A stretch of DNA of 62,630 nucleotides, the filler included, from Asterionella formosa (lineage: Eukaryota): NCBI GenBank assembly GCA_002256025.1. It is 21 parts of 21 records of this genome, joined end to end, with 100 filler letters (N's around TTAATTAATTAA, not from the genome) between each part and the next. Parts side by side here need not be neighbours in the genome. Positions count along the whole stretch, not along the records: positions 48,596 to 50,262 come from NKIB01001564.1; positions 50,363 to 52,027 come from NKIB01001565.1; positions 52,128 to 53,794 come from NKIB01001566.1; positions 53,895 to 55,565 come from NKIB01001567.1; positions 55,666 to 57,332 come from NKIB01001569.1; positions 57,433 to 59,098 come from NKIB01001570.1; positions 59,199 to 60,863 come from NKIB01001571.1; positions 60,964 to 62,630 come from NKIB01001573.1; 13 more parts are not named here. One strand, written 5' to 3'. Below the pieces are notes generated by a model, which had not been told where the DNA came from, searched no databases, and saw only the letters and a list, made by a program, of their open reading frames with translations. Shown in pieces: positions 49,949 to 62,007 of the stretch (position 1 is the first letter of the stretch; each line of letters opens with the position of its first letter). A program made the translations under genes and the position numbers.

Positions 49949-50828
49949 AACATTTCATGTTCTTATTCTGCTTTGCCATGTTTTTGGTGACAGGTACTGT
50001 TGGTGCCTTGACTTCCTTGGTACTGTTGGTGCCTTGACTTCCTTGTGGTTTATTCGAAAAATCTTTGCAACCATCAAGGTGGACAAAGAGAACACATGAA
50101 ACTATTATACATTTCACTTGTGCAGTTTGAACATGCCCTTGATCCTATGTTTATGATTATTTTTATTTACAGACGCATAAGGAAGTTGGGGATTTGCCAT
50201 GGCGATGTAAGATTTTATTTTTTTCATGTGGTCATAATTTTTCGTTGTATCATCTAATAATTNNNNNNNNNNNNNNNNNNNNNNNNNNNNNNNNNNNNNN
50301 NNNNNNTTAATTAATTAANNNNNNNNNNNNNNNNNNNNNNNNNNNNNNNNNNNNNNNNNNNNATGCTTCCCGGAAAATCTACAAGATACAGACAATGGTC
50401 AATTGTTTTCTGGTACAGAGAAGGAGGAACGATTCAGAAAAATTATCAAGAGGTTGCTACATGGACACGAAGGCGATATGATCTATGATCGGTGCAGGTT
50501 GATGAGGGGAGCCTTGTCATTAACAAAGGTGAGCTACAATATTATGACTTCACCGGTATGTTCTATGGCTGTCGTTCGATTTTCGCAACACTTGGTACCC
50601 GGTAGCAGGGTACCGGTACCCTGGTACATCTTTCCCACGGGTCTCACACATATTACCTGGTACCGGTACGGTACCTGGTGGACCAGCTATTTGGAACGGA
50701 GTACCGGTAACTGGTACCAGGTACCCTGATACCTACCTGTAGAAGCAGCAGTATACCGGTACTGGTACTTACTATGTATTGGCCGAACAATATATACCGG
50801 TACCTGGTACCAGCACCTGATACCGCTA

Positions 50829-52027
50829 CATATGTGCAGATGACGACAAATGATTCACAGGATCAAACAAACAAGCGGTTTGTTCAAGCGTCCTCTTTTC
50901 TTGATAGTACAATTTTTGGGGAGACAAAACTCCCCATTTTTCTGCCCTGATTAAGAAGCGTGGAAAAATGGGGAGAATGTAGGAGATGCTCCTACATTTT
51001 TGGGGAGAAATTCTCCCCTTTTTTCCGCGCTGACATTTATTCCCCTCTAGCTTTTAACACGTATATTTTCTGCGGCCCCGTCAGCAGCGGCTTTTTGGGG
51101 AGACTTTTCTCCCCAAAAACATGTAGAAACAGCGTTCAATTTTGTACCATCGTAGGATTCAGATTGACAGTACATGCATGATATCAACTGCTAATAGCTG
51201 TACCGGTAGTACCGGTACTAAGGTACCTGGTACCCAGTTACTGGTTGGTACATACGTATGGTAGCAGAATTTCGGGACTACTACCGGTATGTCTGTATTG
51301 CGTTGAATACTCCTGTACCAGGTACCAGGTACCAGGTACTCCTACTGGTAGAATGCAAACCGGAAGGCCTGAGCAATGATACAATGTTTCTTCCAGATGA
51401 CGAAAAAATGCATAAATCTTCTTAACAAATATAGCGGGGTTCCGAGGACTCAGTCAATTATGAACATCAATTGAGAACAACAACAATCAACAATATACCC
51501 ATGGAAATGACCCACTGCCACATCAAAAGATCGCTCATGTCAGAAAATGAAGAAATGGTTTGTGCATCTCAAGAGAGATGCATGGTGAAGGAGCTTCCAA
51601 GGTCAAGTGCACATAACTGCCCTGGATGCGGGTATAACATTCATGCTCTTTGCGGTCATTTGCATGAAGAAGCAGATATTCAGTTCAAAACAACATACAT
51701 CCATTGCTATGAAAAGTTCGGTTGCGCCCTGATGAATCCAGATGATGCAACTGCATTGCAACAACGACAACAAGATGAAGAGAGGAGACATGATTCCAAT
51801 CAAGGACAAGAGGAGGGCATGGTAGTACTTTCACATGTAAATATCATGGATAGCATTTTACCACCAGAGATTGACAAACAAAGCAGCACTATTAGAGAAT
51901 GTGATATACGAAAAGCGAAGAAGGAAGCAAATAAAATGAAGTCCTTACAGCTCATGAATTTAGCATATATCAGAGGGAAGACAATAGCAAAATCAACAAT
52001 GAGCCGGCACCAGTCTGAACATGAAGT
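50829..52027 (+). mobile_element. Second copy of the family-A Crypton 5' region (ORF from 51538)
   Basis: MSENEEMVCASQERCMVKELPRSSAHNCPGCGYNIHALCGH closely matches the ORF starting at 39172. The upstream palindromic block is shared, with an extra ~225 bp at ~51215-51435. Confidence 0.85.
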
Positions 52028-52719
52028 NNNNNNNNNNNNNNNNNNNNNNNNNNNNNNNNNNNNNNNNNNNNTTAATTAATTAANNNNNNNNNNNNNNNNN
52101 NNNNNNNNNNNNNNNNNNNNNNNNNNNGTGGAGTACCAGTACCTGGTACCTGGAAGTTCTTGCGGAAAGTTTGCTCTACTAAAGATTTAGCTTCCTTTAT
52201 CCAAGATTAGATTATTGATTTAATCGAAATAACCGCGACATGCTTGTAAATACGAAAATCCTTCTTGCAGTTTCTGCAATTAATTAAGAAAGCTGTACGC
52301 CATTGGGTTCCCAACAATGCTTTAATTTCTCAATGTGCCAAGATCATAAGCTAACTACCAGTTTAGTCGAGGGATAACAAAACGATACCACTCCAAGTAC
52401 TTCAGGATAACGGTTAGACAGATGCTTGTCAAAAGATTGATGAAACAAGGTGCTATTCAAATTGTTCAGAGCATATAAACATGACCAGATCTACTTTTTC
52501 GATTTGTACCCAATTTCAGTGCAACATCACTCAATAACTAGAACTCTACTAGAGATAATTCACAGGTGGAGATGTGTATAGGTCCGCTATGCCTGGTTGT
52601 CTTATTCAGTCTCGTTTGGCGGCAATATTCTCTATTGTAATCAAGATACCCTACGGTTTCACGTATCCAACAGCCCCGTGCTCCTAAGACGACTATGATT
52701 CAATCATCTTTGTTGCGCA

Positions 52720-53794
52720 TCATTTTGAAACAACATGTTTCGATTGCCCCTTGTTTCGCTTCGTTGTCATGATTTTCAAAATGCGGTTTGCTTTACCAAT
52801 CACTTCATTCTTGGGAACAAGTTTGGACTTTTCTCCAATACTACTGGCGCCTTCTGCTCGAACAAATTCGCCACCAAGTGCACCCAATCGTTTCAGTGAT
52901 ATGAATACATCTTCGACCGTGGATCCAGGTATCTCGCAACAGATATTGCGAGGTTGCACTTGAGGAGAAATCGTATGCACCATTATTCCAGCCACAATGT
53001 GGGAGCAGATCCACCCGATGTCTGGAGGCAGGAAATCATACCAACATTCGGAAGGGAGGCATCTTCCATGGCTGTCCTGGTCAAACCAGGCAATGGAGCA
53101 TCTGTCAGCAACATATGTTTCACTGGAAATACCAACACTGGTTGACGCAAAGACAGTGATGATTGGAGGCATTCCCAAACTCCAAATGGTGGACTAAATG
53201 TTGTTGATTCGCTTGCTTTTGCACTTGTTGGATCCACATGTGTGCGAACACATGTCATTTTACTTCTCGCTGATAAAGTTGCACCTACAAGAGCACCATG
53301 AATGGGAAGAGCATTCCGAACATCATCAATGAACAACTTGGCTGGAGGCAGATCGGTTTTTTTCAAAACCAATGCCATGGGGAATCGAACACCAAAGAAA
53401 TGCACTTATAAGTCGACGCACATCACCTATATTAGGATCAATGGTGGTAAATGGATGAGGGACCATCGTTGCTCCACCAAGAACATTTTCCCTATCATCA
53501 CGTTGTCGGGCAAATGCAGTTGCGGCATTGAAAAAGGTTGATTTTCCGGCAGATGGTTTGCCCACCAAGCCAATCGTATAATTCCATATTCCACCCTTCT
53601 TGATAGTTTCCGGGAGGCTATTGAAAACAGGCGTATGCTGCTTGAGCACATTTTGAGCAATCTGAAGCCCTTGAAGCTTGCATCTATTTCTTCTCTCTGC
53701 AGTGGCAGATAGAATGGAACCAGCTAATGGGTTATTTGGATTATTTGCCTCTTCCTTCATCACGTTTGGTGCCAAATTTTCATCAAAAGAAAGA
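52720..53794 (-). pseudogene. Internally deleted, frameshifted Obg-superfamily (Ygr210/YchF-related) GTPase
   Basis: IGLVGKPSAGKSTFFNAAT (G1) and PFTTIDPNIG (G2) jump directly to DVRRLISAF/GVRFPMALVLKKTD (G4-like), with no DxxG G3. A TGS-like GSTVEDVF..FVRAE lies in another frame. Confidence 0.75.
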
Positions 53795-53894
53795 NNNNNN
53801 NNNNNNNNNNNNNNNNNNNNNNNNNNNNNNNNNNNNNNTTAATTAATTAANNNNNNNNNNNNNNNNNNNNNNNNNNNNNNNNNNNNNNNNNNNN

Positions 53895-54930
53895 CATTAT
53901 CGAGTCCATTCTGGACTTTGTTCAACAGCAAGCATGATGATGCTCTGATTACATTGTGTGGGTTTGACCATGCTTCTTTCGAGCTCCTACACCAGCTGTT
54001 CAAACCTTGTTTTTATTCCTTTACTCCCTGTAGGAAAAATACGGATTTCATTGTTAGAAATTCAACAACAAAGAAAGGTCGGCAAAGATACCTCTGTTCC
54101 ATCAGTTGTCTAGCGCTTGGGTTAGCATGGACCAGGACTCGTGGTTCCTATATGATTCTTCAGATTATTTTCGGATTAACTCATGGTTCTTTGAGTGTTT
54201 GGTTGAGGTTTTCAAGGCAAATGATTGTAAAAGTACTGCTGACACATGAAGATGCCGTTGTGAGACTGCCTACTGCAGACGAAGCCACCTTGTTTGCAAC
54301 CATGATCAATCAGAAATACCCAATTATAACAAATTGTTGGGGAGCAATGGATGGTCTGAAACTGACCCTGCAACGGGCTGGAAATGAAACACAGCAGCCA
54401 GAACAACTTCTACAATGGATGGACCCATGAACACTAGTATGTGACAAACTTCTTTCTTTTTTCGCCTGATGGGAAAAATTTGCTGCTCATATTTCAATGC
54501 ACCTGGTGTTCTACATGACTCCAGCATGGCAATTTGGTCATCGGTCAATGATCAGATTGAAACAGTTTACAGGCCGGGCTACAGGCAAAAAAGTAGTTGT
54601 GGATTCAGCATTTGCATCTAAAAAATCAAATGCAATGTTGAAATCGCATGAAACAATGTTGATGAAAATGGTAATCCTCGACAAAGATTTGGTATGAATC
54701 GCCAAGCCACCTCCATCCGACAGCTGTCGGAATGGGGAATGCGATGCCTTCAGGGATCATTTCTGAGAATCAAAGACAAATTTCGTTATGAAGAAAAAAG
54801 TGAGAAAAAATTAATTCTCCAAATTATTGTATTGCTCTACAACTTTCGTGCTAGCAAAGTTGGTCAGAACCAAATTGCTTCAGTGTATATGCCCTATTTG
54901 CATAGGAATGCAAATAGATATGCCATGTAA
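53895..54930 (+). mobile_element. PIF/Harbinger-type DDE_Tnp_4 transposase, frameshifted
   Basis: WGAMDGLKL, FYNGWTHEH, NAPG..HDS, VVVDSAF and SIRQLSEWGMR.LQGSF, read across frames. Confidence 0.85.
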
Positions 54931-55007
54931 TGGTGCTAAATTATTCCTTCATGATTATTTAGCACCACTTCTTTCACATTATATTAGAATGAATTAATTT
55001 AAGGTTG

Positions 55008-55565
55008 TTATTCATCATCACTACTACTGCTACCACTGTTGTTTTTTGGTGTTTGACATTGAGTTGAGGCAGACAAAGTTTGTTGTGCATTGGCACCTGC
55101 TGTCGAGGTTGGATTTTGGCTTTGCATTGTTTGCTGCATTGAAATCATGTTTGAAGCAATAATTGAATTCATAATTGCCTGAGTGGGATTGGCACTGTCA
55201 GCCAGTGGAGGTGGTTGTTTGAGATACCCCATGCTGATTCAACAATGATGCCATGATTGACATCATCATCATGTTCATCATGTTCTGTTGCTGCAGTTGT
55301 TGCTGCTGTTGTTGTTGCTGCTGCAGGTTATCAGTATCAGTTCGAGTAGCCTTGTGAAGCAACTGTGTCGAAAGAAGAGAAGCACTTTTTCAACAGGCCC
55401 AGTATTGTTTGACACTGCGCGCCTTATCTCTAAATCGAGGGGACACCATAGGTCGAGGAAATCTTGAACCAGAAAAATTAGCATAAGCGGCAGATGTTGC
55501 TCCACCATTGTCTTCACTCTCCCCACCAGAAATCGCTATAAAATCATCATCAACATTTGGCTCAT
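55008..55565 (-). mobile_element. 3' part of a convergent low-complexity ORF, probably the second ORF of the Harbinger element
   Basis: Gln/Met/Ser-rich frames end 77 nt from the transposase stop, tail-to-tail. The two-ORF layout is typical of Harbingers; no domain is recognisable. Confidence 0.4.
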
Positions 55566-55665
55566 NNNNNNNNNNNNNNNNNNNNNNNNNNNNNNNNNNN
55601 NNNNNNNNNTTAATTAATTAANNNNNNNNNNNNNNNNNNNNNNNNNNNNNNNNNNNNNNNNNNNN

Positions 55666-56284
55666 CATCCCTTCGCGCAACGCTAAAGTCCCTCGGTATT
55701 GAACCTACGGGCAAGATTCAGTCGTGTGAAGGCTGCGCACTAGCTAAGGCAAAGGCCAAAGCGGTACCTAAAGTCACGACCCTCAAGGCCTCTACTCCTG
55801 CTGAACGATTGTACGTGGACATTTCAGGTCCCTACAAGAAATCTCTAATTGGAAGCAACTACTGGATTCTATTTGTGGATCAGTACACAGGCAAGGCATG
55901 GAGTTATTTTGTTAACAAGAAGAGTCTTTTGGCGAGCATCGCGGATGCCCTACTGACTACACTCAAGTCAGCGGGCTATGTAGTACGCTTCCTACGCTGC
56001 GACAACGCCGGTGAAAATATTACCAGTCTAAGTATCGTCTGCACCACGCAGGGTATTCAGATTTAGTATACTGCCCCCCATACTCCTCAACAGAACTGAG
56101 TCGTGGAACGAAAATTTGTGACGATACGAGACCGAGCATGTGCCTCCATGTTCAGTGCAAAACTGTCAGACGAATACCAGGGGCTACTGTGGGCCGAGAG
56201 TGTCCACATGCACACGCGACTAACGAACTCTGTCGCTAACTCGAAGACGGGAAAATGCCCCGATTGGCTTTTCTACGGCTTTCA
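55666..56284 (+). mobile_element. Degenerate Copia integrase, interrupted by a Harbinger insertion
   Basis: CEGCALAK, LYVDISGP, YWILFVDQYT, LRCDNAGEN, TAPHTPQQN*VVERKF, with two in-frame stops. Confidence 0.9.
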
Positions 56285-57332
56285 GGCCGTTGCTAACGGT
56301 GGACCAAAACCCAAACCAAACAGTGTTTTGGTTTCGGTAACCCTAAAAAACGATGCTAACGGGAGTGAAAAACCCAACGCAAACGCATTACGTTTAGGGG
56401 ATTCCGTGCCCATATCCCAATAAGTTACCCAAACGCATTACGTTTAGGTTTTTTTTTCCCAAAGTTACCTAAACGTAGGATTCCATATGGACTACTTTGA
56501 ATGTAGTCACTAGAAACCCAATTATTATCATCGTAGAATCAGTACATATAGGACGCATCATTTACCAGTATATCATACATAGATACAACAATAGCTATAC
56601 GGTACTCTGGTACCTGGTACCAGGTACCAGGTACCAGGGGACCACACTGTCGAGAACAACAACAACAAATAATCTCGGATTTCACCACAATCAACATGTC
56701 ATCATCAAACCCACATTTCACCAACATGGCACACATGGATTCATGTGACCATCGCCCACGTGACATTGTACAATGTCTAGATGCTAATGGTGAGGTAGAA
56801 CCAGAGAAATACTTCCAGTATCTTCAGTTTTTGTCTGATTTCGGAAGAACTCTACTCATGCCCACTCCAGAAATACAAAGTCTTAACAATGTGCCTCTAC
56901 CCCCAAGAGTTAGAGTGAGAGGAAAGAACAAGGTCTGTGAATACATCAATGACAAAGGGCTAATTCAAATGATAACTCCTGTGATGTCAAACTGGTATAT
57001 ACTATACATTTCCAGACCAGCAGTTGAATCATTGTCATTTCAAAAGAAATTCCGCCGCAGATTTCGACTACCACACAACCAGTTCCTCCAATTTGTTGTT
57101 GATGCTAGAGATTCAAATTGGTTTCCTCGCTGGACTCGACCTGATGCAACAGGAAGGGCATCATCACCCCTTGAACTTATGGTTTTAGGAGCATTCAGGT
57201 ACCTAGGGAGAGGATGGACTTTTGATGACATTGAGGAGAATACTGGTATCAGTCAAGAGACCCACAGGCAATTCTTCCACGCCTTTATTGAAGTTGGAAG
57301 TACCATCCTTTACAAAAAATATGTTAGAACTC
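56285..57332 (+). mobile_element. PIF/Harbinger-like DNA transposon 5' end with transposase N-terminus (ORF 56696 to the contig end)
   Basis: The terminus GGCCGTTGCTAACGG follows TCA (TAA in the other copy). Subterminal repeat AAACGCATTACGTTTAGG occurs twice. The ORF has KFRRRFRLP and PLELMVLGAFRYLGRGWTFDDIEENTGIS (HTH). Confidence 0.82.
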
Positions 57333-57448
57333 NNNNNNNNNNNNNNNNNNNNNNNNNNNNNNNNNNNNNNNNNNNNTTAATTAATTAANNNNNNNNNNNN
57401 NNNNNNNNNNNNNNNNNNNNNNNNNNNNNNNNATCTGGTCCAAGTAGT

Positions 57449-58309
57449 ATGAAAGGCATTTCCAATCACAAACAGGATTGGTTTGCCGAATGTTGCCTAA
57501 CTCGGCTATACACAGTGAAACCGGAGTTAGGCAAAGAAGTGGAGAGTGACCCAGAGCTTGCCGATTTCATATGGAATGGTTCTGATGCACTACTTCCAAT
57601 GAATCAGACCATTGAACGTACCAACAAGGCACGTTTAGATTACATCAAATCAACATTTGGTGGCATGTGCATTAAAAAGTTGAGAGAATGTCAGAATGTA
57701 TTGAATAATCAATTTAAAGGAATCTTAGGTAAGTTCTTGCAGGGAGATGCACCGAAAGCATGATGTTTTGAGTCGGGGATTATATTCTTATCAAATATGT
57801 TTGCTAACATAATTCATGACACACCAGCTGGTTTAACAGAATATAACTTCCAGACTATGGATATTGATGACTTTATTAGGTGGGCGTTGACGCTTTATCG
57901 TTTTGCGCAGTCAAAGGACATTGACAGGGGAAGGTATGGATACCAAGTCTGGCGTGATGTTCTTGCTCCGGTGTATTTTATAGGCAGGACAAGCCGTGGA
58001 GAACCATTTTTAACAGGAGACAAATCTGGTGTGACCAAATTTCAACTCAGTCTTCGGGCACAGTGTGAATTGCAAACACGTTTTGTTGGTTTGCTGATCA
58101 ATACCAGTACAGAAGCATTTTGCTTCTTGGTGCTGAAAGGAAAATTCCGATTACAACAAAAATATTTGGGTTTCAATCCAGATACCCATGAAATTTCAGA
58201 GAACGAAATTCGTCATTCTACCGATTTTGTCGACATTGGTGGGAAACCACTTATTAAAAAAAGTGTTTGGGAAGAAAGTTCAGTTTCAAATGGTCTCACT
58301 GATCAATGA
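57449..58309 (+). other. Unidentified coding remnants, possibly one spliced or TE-associated gene
   Basis: Two ORFs (104 and 170 aa) with a GTAAGT donor near 57729; no confident family. Confidence 0.3.
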
Positions 58310-59198
58310 ACTGATGTAAGATTTACTCGTTTATTATAAGGAAATCTACACTGGACTTTCACAAAAGAATCGATCTGAATATGGAAGGCAGGAATCCTAG
58401 TGGAATTGCTACTTCCACCACAAATATAAGCCATCTACCCACACTCATACTTCTCATTTCCCAACGTAAGTAAAGAGGATATGCATCAATTTGTTGAATC
58501 AATTCAACCAAATGTTTCTGAAAAGAATATTGATTATAATGACCGCATTAATCAACGGGATGTTGATGACAATGTTGATTTTGAATGGATCTAATAGAAT
58601 CCAATGCATACTTAGTAGTTACATAATAATTATAGTTAGTGTAAGACTTCTACAATGCAAGACATATCATAGATGATGAGAAAACATTGATTCTGCTCTA
58701 TACTCCTATTACTATTAGTGCCGCCTGTACTACATGTAGCGGTATACCTCCATTTTTACTACTATGGTGGAGTGATAATTTCACGACTCTGCATTTTCCA
58801 GCACAGCATGTTCGAAGTGGCGCTAAATTTATTATTATATATTAATTCATTTTCATTCTATCCTGTTCATATCCTGACTTGGTCATCATTTGCAATTTGC
58901 AATGTCTTTGCGCACATTGCAATGGTGTTATCTGTGTAACTACAAATTTCGGAAGAACAAATCCCCATCTGAGTCTCACAATCGAAATTGTAGCAACCGT
59001 GTTTTTTATGCATATGGTCACTGTCGACATTGCATGCAGGAACATCGAGTTCCTGGAATACATAGTGAAACTATGTATTACGGTAGTGCATCTAATCANN
59101 NNNNNNNNNNNNNNNNNNNNNNNNNNNNNNNNNNNNNNNNNNTTAATTAATTAANNNNNNNNNNNNNNNNNNNNNNNNNNNNNNNNNNNNNNNNNNNN

Positions 59199-59444
59199 TG
59201 AATATTCACGATTGTTCTACTAAGTGAGTGGAGTTGAGTTGTCAGTTGAGAATTGAATGTCTAACAACACAATGAATATCTATATACAAATTTGGGAAGA
59301 GAACCTTAATAATTGGTCATGTGAACGATTACAAGATAGATCAAATAAGCTCACAATAAGGTGGGATTAGAACAGAAGGTTTTAATACACTGAGCTTGTC
59401 TAGAAAGAGCTAGCATTGCAGTCAGACAGCAGAAGAATTTAACA
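59199..59444 (+). mobile_element. LTR copy (same family as 27169-27405 and 43293-43418)
   Basis: Near-identical sequence ending AATTTAACA. Confidence 0.8.
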
Positions 59445-59840
59445 TGCTTTCACATCGCGGTCGATATCTGTTCTGCAGGAGTACCTGGTACTTGGTACAG
59501 GTACATAGTACCTGTACTGATCTACCGGTAGCATCTTTTTCAAATCAGAATCGCTCGCAACCTGATGGTGGTTGGTACCGGTACCTTATACCAGGTCCAT
59601 CAGGTGCCTTGTAATGCAGTACGGTAGGCTCGCTCTAGCATGGAGCGGAGGCACTTTTCGGCTAATACCACCGTCGTACCGTAGTACGGTATAATATTCA
59701 TACTAAGATATGCTTCTGGTCATAATATGTACACTATTGTAAATATATATTCCGGTATAAATATGATATATGTTAAAGAAAATACAATACCGTACAGCCA
59801 TTCCTACACCAGGTACCTGTAGTCTAGTACCAGGTGTGTG

Positions 59841-60863
59841 TGTTGAGAGGGAGAAACGCTTGCAACGGATGCCAGCGGCAGCTACATTAACAAGGAACTG
59901 AGATTCTAAAGTAGTATTTAACTAGCTGTAGAGGGACCAGTACTCACGGGAATTAAGCACTTACAGGAATCTTGGTAGGATATACGGAGTAACCGGTATA
60001 TGGTACCAACACCCCCCTCAAGTGAGAAAATTCCCATGAGACGGGACAATAATATTGCGGAGGCGGAGAAAATGGGCATCATCTTTATGTTCTTTGGTGA
60101 ACAGATCAGCAACATTGGTATCCCCTGGGAGGTGGGTGACAAAGATTTCGGAAAAACGGTGAGCGTCGCGCACAGCCATGTTGCGGATATTAATATGCCG
60201 CATCTTTTTGTTAGCACAGTTGTGGGACCAGTCCACAGCACCTCGGTTGTCATTCCAAAGAGGGGTGGGGAGAGTTACATCAGGCATGTGGAGGTCACTA
60301 AGGATATGGCGGATGAATTGGGTAACCTTGGTGCCCTCATCTGCAGATTTGATTTCAGATTCGCAGGTACTGCGGCTCACACGAGGTTCACGAATGACAT
60401 GCCAGGCAATGGGGCCACCTGTACGTGTACTGATGGAACCAAGAAGGGAGCAACACTCGGCAAGAGAGATGATGTCGGTGGGGTTGGGTTTGGAAGCATC
60501 TTGGGGGCCCCAGTTGGCATCGGTGTAAGTGGTGAGAGTGGGAGTGTCCTTGGGCCAGCCAAAGGTGGTGGAGAGGTATGAGGAAGCAAATTGCGAGGTA
60601 AAGGCAATGCCATGATCGGCAGAGCCAGCCAGGTATCGTAACACATACTTGGCACCTAAAAGGTGAGCAGGGGTGGCATAGGAGTTGTGCTGAGCCAGGA
60701 GAGTGAGGGCCACAGAGACATCAGGACGTGTGCTGACAGCCAGCCAATTGAGAGCCCCAATGAGTGACTGGTATTGTGTAATAATGGCCGCGCGAGCTTT
60801 GGGGGAAAGTTCAGCACCATCAGGCACAATGCGGTCATAGACCAGGCCAGAGCGATAAGGGGT
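59841..60863 (-). mobile_element. Copia 3' end: RT C-terminus/RNase H (to 60018), PPT, and 171-bp 3' LTR (60011-59841)
   Basis: YQSLIGALNWLAVSTRPDV, YTDANWG, SRSTCESEI, DNRGAV, RHINIR, NVADLFTK. The stop overlaps GAGGGGGG, followed by TGTTG...CAACA. Confidence 0.9.
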
Positions 60864-60963
60864 NNNNNNNNNNNNNNNNNNNNNNNNNNNNNNNNNNNNN
60901 NNNNNNNTTAATTAATTAANNNNNNNNNNNNNNNNNNNNNNNNNNNNNNNNNNNNNNNNNNNN

Positions 60964-61340
60964 TGTCATTTGTATATTCTTCTTGACAGTGTGCTTGGGT
61001 ATGCAAATGATGTTGGACCATAGTTAGTTTTGATGGTGGTCTTGAGACTCTTCCAGACCTTGTAGTTCTAACATTTGGGTCTGAGTCATCCTCAGTGCTT
61101 GGATTGACTTCTAACATTGCCTCTTCATTCTCAGTTTCATTTACTGGTTCTTCATCCTCATCTTGGATTTCATCTGCATTCATTTCAACATTATTTTCAT
61201 TGTTGCCCTCAGGTTCAGGGTCATCCTCTTGGATATTGTTTAGTTCAAGCTGTTCTGCTTCATATATTTCATCCAGAGTCATTTCATCATAGTCTTCTCT
61301 GAGAATTTCATCATTGCTTTCATCATCACTAGCCTGTTGA
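60964..61340 (-). mobile_element. Acidic linker of a Copia-type pol (between integrase and RT)
   Basis: Asp/Glu-rich ORF with VRTTRSGRVSRPPSKL, a motif common before the Copia RT. Confidence 0.55.
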
Positions 61341-62007
61341 CCTTCATAATCTTCATCTTGGTGAAGGCTAGTAATAATACATATATGGAAAGCAAAAATC
61401 GATTTCCAAGAGGATAATAAATGTGAGTAGCCATCAAGTCTTGCAGCAATGAAAACGCCATGGTGTGTAAGCGTGGTCGTGAGGACGCATGTACATGAGG
61501 TACCGGTATCAAAATTCTTTCAAACACACACACTTGAACACACGCTTGAACTCACGAAAAACTTAACAGTGTGTACACAACAAAGGATTCCATAAATTAA
61601 TTTAGCCTTTGGTCGGATGCTACTACGATCTAGGACAGGCAGCTACAGGTACGGGTACCAGACAATCGTCCAAAGGTGATCTTCAGTATAAATTGAACCG
61701 AAAATCACAAAGATAGTTTCACCGTGTTCGTCTTGATGGTACCAGGTACCTGGTTCACCGGTAAGCAATAGGCATTTTGTTCATGTCTCAAAGAAACGCT
61801 ATCGGACGATCGTCCTGTGGAGCTACATAGAATTTGGTACTTTGTCCGGTAGAACTGATCTGATGACAAACCATTTTTTCGTCGGAGGTGCGTCTGAGTC
61901 GTGTTCCTGGCACCAGTTGTTATTAAGTACTGTACCAGGTACCGGTAAGTGCCCTCTTCTCGGAGTATAGCTAAGGTACGACCTGGTGAAGTATCTAACT
62001 AGAAGTA

